NCBI GenBank assembly: GCA_037444485.1 | Contig: JBBIMI010000002.1 | Location: 39-64,038, forward strand | Origin: Candidatus Micrarchaeota archaeon | Lineage (GTDB): Archaea > Micrarchaeota > Micrarchaeia > Norongarragalinales > Norongarragalinaceae | Reading direction: 5' to 3' | DNA length: 64,000 bases | Part shown: piece after piece, positions 56,993-64,000 of the stretch | How the letters are laid out: every line of letters starts with the position of its first letter | Position numbering within the stretch: the stretch's first letter is position 1 | Notes under the pieces: model-generated | Databases searched by the model: none | Told to the model about the DNA's origin: nothing | Seen by the model: the letters and a program-made list of their open reading frames with translations, nothing else | Program-made: the position numbers and the translations under genes

Positions 56993-57817
56993 ATGAAGAG
57001 ACGCGGACAAGTTGGCTACGAAGGGGGGCGGAGTTACCGCGAAAGCCTGATTCCACTTATCCTAATAGTAATACTCGCAATTTTCATCGCGGGCAAGTTC
57101 GGTTGGATCGACTTACACTCTATTCCAGTGATAGGCGGCTTATTCCCGGCGCCCTACATTAAAGTAGTAGTCATCGGCCGCGCTTCCCCAGCAATGGAAG
57201 CACTACTCAAGGCAGAAGACTACCGCATTGCAGGAATCACTTACGTTGGCTCGCTAACGCAAGAAGTAGTTTTCCCTGGGACGCTTAACAACTTCGACAT
57301 AATCATTCTTCAAGGGCAAACAGTGTGCGACCGGACCGCACGCAAAGTGATTGCAGACCGCGTGAAGGGAGGCGCTAAGCTCATAATCGTGCGCGACGCT
57401 TGCACGCGCGTTAACGACGACCCTAACGCGATCGGATGGGATATAGGCATTGGTTCTCTAGGCGACGTCACTCCAGTCAAGTACGGCGGCGTTCTCGCGC
57501 ACGAGCGCACCGGCCGCGTGAGCGAATTCGCTACTGGTCGCTTTAAGATAGTTTCTCCAGACCACCCTATTTTCAACGGAATCGTTAACTACAACTTTCA
57601 AGACGTTGTTACAGTAGTCTACCCGCAAGCGAACGCTGAAGTGCTTGCCTACGTGGACCAATACTACGGGCGCCCGACCGCGCCTGCTACTTACGCGATA
57701 ATTGAAAGCAAAGGCCTTTTGGCAGGCAAAACGCTTTACTTTGCTTTCGACCCGGCGACTGGCTCAAGAAACTTGTTCTTGAACGCGTTGCTCTACATGC
57801 GCGGCGCGAAAGGGTAA
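56993..57817 (+). CDS. membrane-anchored protein with GATase1/ThuA-like domain, paralog 2
   Basis: N-terminal TM (LIPLILIVILAIFIAG). KVVVIGRASPAMEALLKAEDYRIAGITYVGSL...FDIIILQGQ...ARKVIADRVKGGAKLIIVRDA. Confidence 0.5.
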   Translation: MKRRGQVGYEGGRSYRESLIPLILIVILAIFIAGKFGWIDLHSIPVIGGLFPAPYIKVVVIGRASPAMEALLKAEDYRIAGITYVGSLTQEVVFPGTLNNFDIIILQGQTVCDRTARKVIADRVKGGAKLIIVRDACTRVNDDPNAIGWDIGIGSLGDVTPVKYGGVLAHERTGRVSEFATGRFKIVSPDHPIFNGIVNYNFQDVVTVVYPQANAEVLAYVDQYYGRPTAPATYAIIESKGLLAGKTLYFAFDPATGSRNLFLNALLYMRGAKG

Positions 57818-57885
57818 AACGAATAACTTTCTTTTCTTTTTTTTTCCAAAGTTTCCTTAAAAATAAAGCAAATTGGTGGTTTAGG

Positions 57886-58353
57886 ATAATAATAGGTTTA
57901 GACGCTGGCGCTTGGACTGCTTTTGCAGCAGTAGACCTCGAAGGCAAAGTCGCTGCACTCGAAAGCAAAAAAAACTGGAGTTTAAAGCAAGTAATCGAAT
58001 GCGCCGCACGCTTCAACCCAATCGCGGTCGCGTGCGACACAAACCCACCGTCAAAGCAAGCGCGCAAACTCGCAACAGCGTTTTCCGCGAAACTCATTTT
58101 TCCAAAACACTCGCTCACCCTAGTAGAAAAAACCCGTCTTGCCGTGAATTCAGTAATCAAAACGCGCAACAGCCACGAGCGGGACGCAGTCGCCGCAGCA
58201 CTCAAAGCATTCCACTTGCTTGAAAACAAGTTGCGGCAAGTGCGCAGAAAACTCGAGCGAACAGAACGCATAAACGAAATCACGATAGCCAGCGAACGCG
58301 TTCTGCACGGTGAACGCATATCCGACGTTCTCCTTAAAAGAAAACGATTTTAA
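57886..58353 (+). CDS. RNase H-fold nuclease of the archaeal DUF460 / YqgF-RuvC-like family
   Basis: Frame is open from 57814 to 58353 and translates IIIGLDAGAWTAFAAVDLEGKVAALESKKNWSL...ACDTNPP...ERDAVAAALKAF (RuvC/YqgF-type N-terminal Asp and C-terminal ERDA carboxylates). No ATG/GTG/TTG lies upstream of residue ~87. Only ATA ATA ATA sits at the conserved N-terminus. Confidence 0.5.
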   Translation: MIIGLDAGAWTAFAAVDLEGKVAALESKKNWSLKQVIECAARFNPIAVACDTNPPSKQARKLATAFSAKLIFPKHSLTLVEKTRLAVNSVIKTRNSHERDAVAAALKAFHLLENKLRQVRRKLERTERINEITIASERVLHGERISDVLLKRKRF

Positions 58354-58470
58354 AACTCCGAACATAAAATAAAATAGCGTTACACTAGCGTTTTAACGCA
58401 CAGTCACCGCAATCAAAAAAAATCAAACTAAAACAAAAAAAACAAATGCAACGAATGGAGGGAGAAAAGA

Positions 58471-58890
58471 ATGGAGTACTCTGAACAACAAACGCCAGAA
58501 GAACAAACACCAGAAGAACAAACACCAGAAGAACAGACACGCGAAGCAAAAACGCATCGCGAACCACGCGAGATGCGCGAACAACACGAACACAAGCCGC
58601 CGCGCGAGCAGCGCGCGCCAAGCGAAGAAAACACGATTTTCGTCGGAAAAAAGAACGTCATGGCTTACGTGCTCGCAGTAGTGACGCGATTCAATTCAGG
58701 CGCGAACGAAGTGAAGATTAAGGCGCGAGGCAAAGCGATTTCGCGGGCTGTTGACGTGAGCCAAATCGTGAAAAACCGTTTTATTTCAAGCATGCGCATT
58801 TCAGACTTTAATGTAGAAACAGAAGAAGTACAGAATGAGGACGGCTCTACGAGCAGGGTCTCTAGCTTGACGTTAACATTAGTAAAGTGA
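58471..58890 (+). CDS. albA: DNA/RNA-binding protein Alba with N-terminal acidic repeat extension
   Basis: IFVGKKNVMAYVLAVVTRFNSGANEVKIKARGKAISRAVDVSQIV matches the Alba core. N-terminus has (EQTPE)x3 and a basic/acidic REPREMREQHEH stretch. Confidence 0.8.
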   Translation: MEYSEQQTPEEQTPEEQTPEEQTREAKTHREPREMREQHEHKPPREQRAPSEENTIFVGKKNVMAYVLAVVTRFNSGANEVKIKARGKAISRAVDVSQIVKNRFISSMRISDFNVETEEVQNEDGSTSRVSSLTLTLVK

Positions 58891-59436
58891 ACCAGATTGC
58901 GGGAAAGCGAGGAATTAAAAACCTGGTTTTATTGACAAGATTTTCGGTTGGGAGAGCTTGAAAAACTACGAACAATACGAGTCCCTAGTTAAGGAATTGG
59001 CTTCAGCGGGCCTCGATTACAAGGAAAGCGGCAGCTTGTGCAAGCAAGCACTTTAATTGCTTGAACGACACCCAGAACTCAAAAAAAATTTTCCAATCAA
59101 AAAAAAGTTATAGGTAGTATCACGAGAGGTTTCCAATCGAAAACCTGCGGCATCTGAAACTCTTGTATAAAACGAAAGCTTCCGGCACAAACTTGAGGGC
59201 GTTAATCAAAGTAGTTGGACTCAAAGAAGGTATAAAGAAATCTTTTATTTTCCCGCGATTTCGGCCGAATTGTTGGAATTAAAACAAGAAAATTTGATTT
59301 AATTCACTCTGCAATCATGCCAATCAAAAAAAAATTGGAGGAATAAAGCAAAGACTGAAGCTAACGTAACCGTGCTCTAAACGCACGAGACAGTGATGCG
59401 AAAGCAATTAAAGTCCGAAAAAACAAACTATTTTTC

Positions 59437-59940
59437 ATGAAAACCCCTTTGTGCACGGCCTGCTGTGCAACAGCCACTCTCTGCGCCGGATGCGCGCAAA
59501 AGCTTGCAGGCGGAGAAATCAGTGAAGTCGACGTCGCGCTCTCCCGCTCGTTGTACGCCCATGCGCTCGCGGGCGAGCTTGCCGACAATACTGGATTCGA
59601 GAAAACCATTATAGTCGGAGAAAGCAACCTAGTAATCGTATTAACGCAATCGCCAGCAGCGCTTATTGGAAAGAACGGACGCGTGGTTGCATCTTTATCG
59701 AAAGAAATCGGCAAACGCATTAAAGTAATTGACTCTAACGCGGCTGACGCGGAAAAAATCCGTGAACTCATTCTTCCAGCCCAACTCAAGGGCGTGAACA
59801 CGCTGTTCAAACGCGAAGGCAAGGAATTCAAGGTGCGCGTTGCGCGCGCTGACGCTCAACGCCTGCCGCTCGACGCTGAAACCCTCTCCAAGGTTTTAAA
59901 GCTAGTGCTAGGCTCTAATGCAAGCATTGTTTTAGAATGA
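59437..59940 (+). CDS. KH-domain RNA-binding protein with N-terminal C4 zinc ribbon
   Basis: CTACCATATLCAGC at the N-terminus. KH GxxG loop region LIGKNGRVV. Confidence 0.5.
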   Translation: MKTPLCTACCATATLCAGCAQKLAGGEISEVDVALSRSLYAHALAGELADNTGFEKTIIVGESNLVIVLTQSPAALIGKNGRVVASLSKEIGKRIKVIDSNAADAEKIRELILPAQLKGVNTLFKREGKEFKVRVARADAQRLPLDAETLSKVLKLVLGSNASIVLE

Positions 59941-60047
59941 TTTAGAGTAAACAAAAAGTTTTATTAATGGTTTTTTATTTCGTGTGAAGCAAACGATTTT
60001 AGCGGCGAGTTTAGTGGTAAGTCCACTGGGGTATTACCGGGAAAAAA

Positions 60048-60404
60048 TTGGTGAAAGAAAAGAAAGGTTTTAGTCGAATTGGTTCTGGTTGGAAGTTGTT
60101 CGCGTTTGCCGCATTCGTGCTAGTTTTTTGTTTTAACAACGCTTGTGTTGTTAACCCCGTTGTGTTGTTAACCTCGATAAGCTCGTCAGGCGTAAGGTTT
60201 TTTGAACCGCAGCCAATAAAAGTTTTAGTGATAGGCGAATCTTCTTCAGCCGTGGAAGCGCTGCTTACGTCAGAAGATTATAGGGTTGGTGGAATAAGTT
60301 ACGTCGGCAGCCTCAATCCAGATTCTTTAACTGCACACTCGGCAGATGCATTCAAGGATTATATATTAATACTTCAAAGAGTGGGGAATTCTGTAAGGTG
60401 TTAA
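60048..60404 (+). pseudogene. truncated third paralog of the TM + GATase1/ThuA-like family (N-terminal 118 aa only)
   Basis: KVLVIGESSSAVEALLTSEDYRVGGISYVGSLNPD...FKDYILILQ aligns to the N-terminal half of the 56993 paralog. The ORF stops after 118 aa, 35 nt before a tRNA gene. Confidence 0.4.
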
Positions 60405-60439
60405 ACTTTTTTTCCGGAAATTTTTTAGGGGAAAGAGAG

Positions 60440-60612
60440 TGGGCCCAAAGGGAATCGAACCCTTGTTCTCTTGCGCGCCTTCTTTAGTGCATTTTCTTCC
60501 TTCTTCCCAAAAAAGTGCTTCGCACGTCAAGCGAACGTCTTACCTCGAGCCGCTTTTTCTTTGGTTGAGTTTTCTTTCCTAAAGAAAAGTCAGTCACTCG
60601 ACTATGGGCCCA
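60440..60612 (-). tRNA. candidate tRNA with ~100 nt of intervening sequence (multiple or non-canonical introns), anticodon unresolved
   Basis: Minus strand has a perfect acceptor GGGCCCA / TGGGCCC with discriminator A, D-arm-like TA-GTC-GAGTGACT-GAC, and T-arm AAGGGTTCGATTCCCTT. The ends are 173 nt apart. The interior carries hairpins TTTCT-TTAGGAA-AGAAA and GTGC-GAA-GCAC, but no unambiguous anticodon arm could be assigned by eye. Confidence 0.35.
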
Positions 60613-60643
60613 ACCATATCTTTGTAGGTAAAGGTTTTTTATC

Positions 60644-61117
60644 TTAACGCATGCGTGGTGCGCCGCGCATGCGCGCGGCGGCCCTAATTTTTTTTACTAG
60701 ACTTTGCGCTTGTTTTTCGCCGAGTTTTTTGCGTAAGCGGGTTTCCTTGAAAGTGGCGTGCGTGAAAATCTCGTCGTCGAGCGAGCGTGGAAGCAAGTGG
60801 AAGTGCACGTGGTTTACTTTGAGAAAGCTTTCAGGCAGGAAAGGGCGGTAGTGTTGCCGCAAGTCCATCCCCTGTAAACCGAATGCGTGGAACAAGAGTT
60901 TTTGCGTCGCGGCAACGTCGTTAATCAGCGCCGCGCGTTCGCTGGCAGGCATTTCCATCAAGTTTTCGTAATGCTTTAACGGAATGACGAGCGAGTGGCC
61001 TCGCGCGAGCGGGTGCGCGTCCAGAATTGAAACCGAAAACCGTGTTTTTCGAAAAACGCGGCCGCGGTCGCGCTTGCCTTCCGCGATTTCACAAAAGACG
61101 CACGGCATGCCAACCAC
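60644..61117 (-). CDS. HIT-family (histidine triad) nucleotide hydrolase/transferase
   Basis: HVHFHLLP histidine triad. N-terminal C..C zinc motif. Confidence 0.75.
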   Translation of the reverse strand: MVGMPCVFCEIAEGKRDRGRVFRKTRFSVSILDAHPLARGHSLVIPLKHYENLMEMPASERAALINDVAATQKLLFHAFGLQGMDLRQHYRPFLPESFLKVNHVHFHLLPRSLDDEIFTHATFKETRLRKKLGEKQAQSLVKKIRAAARMRGAPRMR

Positions 61118-61125
61118 TTTCGAGT

Positions 61126-61710
61126 CTAAATCATTCCAACGAACTTGTAGCCTAACGACCCACCGATTAATTCGCTGTAGCCTCTAGGCTCAAAGTCTTT
61201 TTCGCTTAACCCAAGCGTCTTCATGAAGACGTAGGTTTTTTCTCTTAGTTTCTTCGATTCTTTGCCATCGAGTTCCTTGCGGAATTCCAGTGCTACTTCG
61301 ATGAAGCACTCCAAGCCTTTAACGTCATCCAAGCAAACTTCGAACTCGCCAGCGCGGTACTTGCTTCTTTTTTTCATTATTTCGAATGCTTTTGCGAGCC
61401 CGACGCCCTCCAAAATTTTTTTAACCGCTTCCGCATCTTCGACGCGCGATTCGTATTCCTTCCAAGCGCCCGTAGTCTCGGTAAGTTCTTTATAGCCAAG
61501 GTAATTCTCGCTTCCTTGTTTTCTTACCCGCACAAGAAAATCTTCAGGCCCGCGCGTCTTGCGCTCCGGCTCGCGGTAATAGTAATCGTCGCGTTGAACG
61601 ACTTCTTCAACCAAACGGGCTTTCAGCTTGACGAGTTTTTCTTTGACTGCATTCAAACCTGCGGCGCCTGCGACCTTGGCTTTGGCTTCAACTTCCAATT
61701 TGATTTCCAC
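61126..61710 (-). CDS. CYTH-domain protein (triphosphate tunnel metalloenzyme)
   Basis: N-terminal MEIKLEV (EIE.K signature) and acidic/basic tunnel residues. ~190 aa. Confidence 0.55.
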   Translation of the reverse strand: MEIKLEVEAKAKVAGAAGLNAVKEKLVKLKARLVEEVVQRDDYYYREPERKTRGPEDFLVRVRKQGSENYLGYKELTETTGAWKEYESRVEDAEAVKKILEGVGLAKAFEIMKKRSKYRAGEFEVCLDDVKGLECFIEVALEFRKELDGKESKKLREKTYVFMKTLGLSEKDFEPRGYSELIGGSLGYKFVGMI

Positions 61711-61725
61711 CGTAAAGCATTAGAG

Positions 61726-61797
61726 TGGACCCGGCGGGAATTGCACCCGCGGCTTCCACAATGCCAATGTGGCGATCTGCTACTGATCTACGGGCCC
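61726..61797 (-). tRNA. tRNA-Ala (GGC), intron-less
   Basis: GGGCCCG / CGGGTCC acceptor with G3:U70. D-arm GATC-AGTAGCA-GATC. Anticodon stem CCACA / TGTGG with loop TTGGCAT (anticodon GGC). T-arm GCGGGTGCAATTCCCGC. Discriminator A. 72 nt. Confidence 0.8.
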
Positions 61798-62183
61798 GCA
61801 TCATAAATTCTGCCAAAACACATATATAGAGTTTACCGAAGAGTTCGTAAAAAAGACTCGCTAATAAAGCGTATGCGAAATTGGGCGCGTTGCCAGACCG
61901 ATTTATTGGCTTGACAATCTTCAAAAATTTGCTTACAGAATTGCTGCGCAGGCGAACAGAGTAATACGTGCTTCAGGAAGCAAGTTTTGGTTTGCCGCGA
62001 GTTGAATTACAATCGAACGAGTATAAGATCTTCTGGATTTGCGTAGCAACCTGGGGAAATAGTGTTGAAAGTCGTGCGTAACGTAGTTCTATCGAAACGA
62101 GCATTCCATTTGTTTTCAACAAACCTCGTAGAAAGCCCGCGCGGAAGAAAGCCGAGTAATTGTGTTTAGGCGGATGCATGGTT

Positions 62184-62411
62184 TCAAACGGATGGCGAGA
62201 CGAACACTACGGTGTCCCCGCGGAGCAAAACCGTTCCGAGCTTGCGCTTGAGTTCCCCGTTCTTCAACTCTTCCCCGTTTTCGATGACTAGATTCATGTG
62301 AACGTCGAAACTCGCGAGCGTGCCGCGCACTTCAACGTCGCCCTTGAGTTTGACGAGCACGTTGTTGTTTAAAGCGTTATTCAAAACGTCGAATGGTCTC
62401 TTTTCAGCCAA
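62184..62411 (-). CDS. Sm-like archaeal protein (SmAP/LSm)
   Basis: Sm1 and Sm2 motifs ([26 protein letters not shown]...[10 protein letters not shown]). Confidence 0.8.
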   Translation of the reverse strand: MAEKRPFDVLNNALNNNVLVKLKGDVEVRGTLASFDVHMNLVIENGEELKNGELKRKLGTVLLRGDTVVFVSPSV

Positions 62412-62482
62412 CTTGCTTCCACCCCTGTTTAAAAAAATTCGGATTCAACGCCTGATTCGATGAACAGATGAATTTTTAAAAA

Positions 62483-63262
62483 TTATTTTCTTCCAAAGAG
62501 CCGCGCGAAGAACCCCTTAATTCTTTGAAACAAACCAGTTTTAATCTTTTCCTCCGCAAGCTGTTCTTGCGCGATTTCGCTTGCAAGCTTACGCAACGCA
62601 CGCATGAACGGCGTGCGCGGAACGCGAATCGCGGCAGGCACTTGCAGCAAGGTAGACCTCCGTACTTCCGGGTCTTCCGGGAGGGAAGCGAGAACCGGAA
62701 TTCCCAAGACCGACTCTAAGTCGCTCGCGCGCAATTCAGTCTTGTCGCCGGTCACGCGGTTGATTATTATTCCGGAGACTTTCACTCCATTTCTCTCCGC
62801 AAAACGCTTGACTTTCAGCGAGTCGATTACTGACGCTGGGTCCGGGGTTACTACGAGCAGTAGTTCGCGAGCGCTCGCAATCGCTGCTTGCGCTTCATCC
62901 CGCAATCCAGGCGGGCAGTCAACAAAAATAAAATCGTGTGACAACTCTAGCTTGCTGACTGCTGCACGCAAGCGCGTGAAGTCGAGTTCCTTGCCTTCCT
63001 CCTGCAGCGCGGATGGGACGTAGTAAAGCTTGTTCGGGCCTTCGTAAACAGCATCGCTCACGTCGTTCTCGGCAGCGAGAACATTGTGAAGCGTGATGGG
63101 ATTCAACTCGATTCCCAACAGCACGCTGATTGCAGCCATATCCAAATCCGCGTCAACGACTACAACCTTCTTTCCAGCCTGAGCTAGAATCAACCCGAGA
63201 TTAAGCGCAATGCTGCTTTTACCCACGCCGCCCTTGCCAGAAGCGAAAACAATGCTCCTCAA
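62483..63262 (-). CDS. minD: MinD/ParA-family P-loop ATPase
   Basis: Deviant Walker A ASGKGGVGKSS, VVDADL, FVDCPPG. Confidence 0.75.
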   Translation of the reverse strand: MRSIVFASGKGGVGKSSIALNLGLILAQAGKKVVVVDADLDMAAISVLLGIELNPITLHNVLAAENDVSDAVYEGPNKLYYVPSALQEEGKELDFTRLRAAVSKLELSHDFIFVDCPPGLRDEAQAAIASARELLLVVTPDPASVIDSLKVKRFAERNGVKVSGIIINRVTGDKTELRASDLESVLGIPVLASLPEDPEVRRSTLLQVPAAIRVPRTPFMRALRKLASEIAQEQLAEEKIKTGLFQRIKGFFARLFGRK

Positions 63263-63299
63263 AACCTTGAAAACACCTTTTCTCGAAAAAAAATCCAGT

Positions 63300-63779
63300 T
63301 CAAAATCCTTTTAGTTTGAATCTCTTGAAAAACTCTTTCTTTTTTTCTGTCCCACTCGTCTTTTCGCCAGCGACTTCCTGCTCGAAAAAAGGCGAGAATT
63401 CCTTCGGCTTCACTAAATCTTTTCCTGAAACCGAGTAAAGCAACTCGTGATTTAAAGCAAGAATTCCGTGAATGTCATCCGGCTTCAACTCGAAAACGTC
63501 TATTACTCCTGACTTCGCGGCCAACGCGTTGATGAAACGCTGGAATGCGTTCTTGCCGAAAAACTGTTTTTCGAACGCGAGGTACTCGTAACCGCAACCA
63601 ACGATTTTCCCGCTGTCAAGCAACAAGACACCTTCTTCAAAACCGTTCGCGCTGCGAATAGTCAAGCAAATGTAGCCGCAAAACTTTTTCGCGCCCAACT
63701 CTTTATCCACCAGCTGCCGTAAATCAACTTGAGTCAAGTCGACAAGCGTTTTTATTGGGGTTCCAGCAACCAACTTCAT
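63300..63779 (-). CDS. hypothetical protein downstream of minD
   Basis: 159-aa ORF with coding-like composition and no motif recognised. Confidence 0.35.
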   Translation of the reverse strand: MKLVAGTPIKTLVDLTQVDLRQLVDKELGAKKFCGYICLTIRSANGFEEGVLLLDSGKIVGCGYEYLAFEKQFFGKNAFQRFINALAAKSGVIDVFELKPDDIHGILALNHELLYSVSGKDLVKPKEFSPFFEQEVAGEKTSGTEKKKEFFKRFKLKGF

Positions 63780-63833
63780 TCAATCATCACTAACTTCATT
63801 CAATCATCACTTTCTAACACGCTACTTTTTCTA

Positions 63834-64000
63834 TCACTCGCGCAAGTCGATCACTACGTCGGCGCTGTTGCGCAACGCAGTACTGAAATCTGGTTCGAGC
63901 CCTACGACGATTGTTTCCTTGCCTTGTTCTTTTGCTTTCGCGAGAAGCGGTTTAAAGTCCGAATCCCGTGATACTACTGCAATCACGTCAATCTTGTCGC
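63834..64000 (-). CDS. NYN/LabA-like domain protein (C-terminal fragment; gene continues beyond window end)
   Basis: Hand translation of minus frame gives ...DKIDVIAVVSRDSDFKPLLAKAKEQGKETIVVGLEPDFSTALRNSADVVIDLRE*, typical of the NYN (LabA/DUF88) C-terminal half. Confidence 0.5.
   Translation of the reverse strand, partial: DKIDVIAVVSRDSDFKPLLAKAKEQGKETIVVGLEPDFSTALRNSADVVIDLRE

Noticed and set aside
57687-58319. 210-aa minus-strand ORF
   Set aside because: It is antisense to the DUF460 nuclease frame, which has clear family motifs. The antisense translation is Arg/Ser-rich nonsense.
57886-60620. Integrated mobile element at a tRNA gene (truncated paralog + tRNA + RNase-H-fold nuclease)
   Set aside because: No integrase, transposase or flanking direct repeat duplicating the tRNA 3' end could be found. 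The nuclease is a conserved archaeal DUF460 family, not a transposase.
61973-62179. 68-aa minus-strand ORF upstream of the Sm gene
   Set aside because: No motif, odd composition, and it lies in the promoter / leader region between tRNA-Ala and the Sm-like gene. It is most likely non-coding.

Overview
Dense, gene-rich archaeal core-genome window dominated by information-processing genes. The taxonomic guess is inference: non-canonical tRNA introns plus a multi-unit splicing endonuclease fit a DPANN/Micrarchaeota-like or other intron-rich archaeon. Main content follows. (i) An extended exosome/proteasome superoperon on the minus strand, headed by an RNase P RNA: rnpB RNA, rpp30, pop5, psmA, sdo1, rrp4, rrp41, rrp42, rpl37ae and an unknown gene. 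(ii) A priL-priS-GINS-rpl44e-rps27e block. (iii) The tRNA t6A set (sua5/tsaC, kae1, bud32). (iv) An rpoE'-spt4-rps24e-rps27ae operon. (v) An rpl30e-nusA-rps12-rps7-EF-2 operon. (vi) aIF2-gamma with adk, argS, class-I lysS, purF and hel308. (vii) Seven tRNA genes. Two carry canonical anticodon-loop introns (Tyr, Lys). One tRNA-Ala(CGC) appears to carry an intron in the D-arm. One is a ~173-nt multi-intron candidate. (viii) Three large secreted, membrane-anchored surface proteins, one a 1091-aa protein very rich in N-glycosylation sequons and beta-helix repeats. (ix) A small accessory-looking cluster of paralogous membrane-anchored GATase1/ThuA-like proteins flanking a DUF460 RNase-H-fold nuclease, Alba and a KH protein. 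No CRISPR array, integrase or transposase was seen. Intergenic spacers show characteristic T-rich GATTTTT-type phased repeats and (CAAAA)n tracts. Several tiny zinc-ribbon ribosomal protein genes (S27e, S27ae, L41e) fall below the ORF-track cutoff and were found by hand translation.
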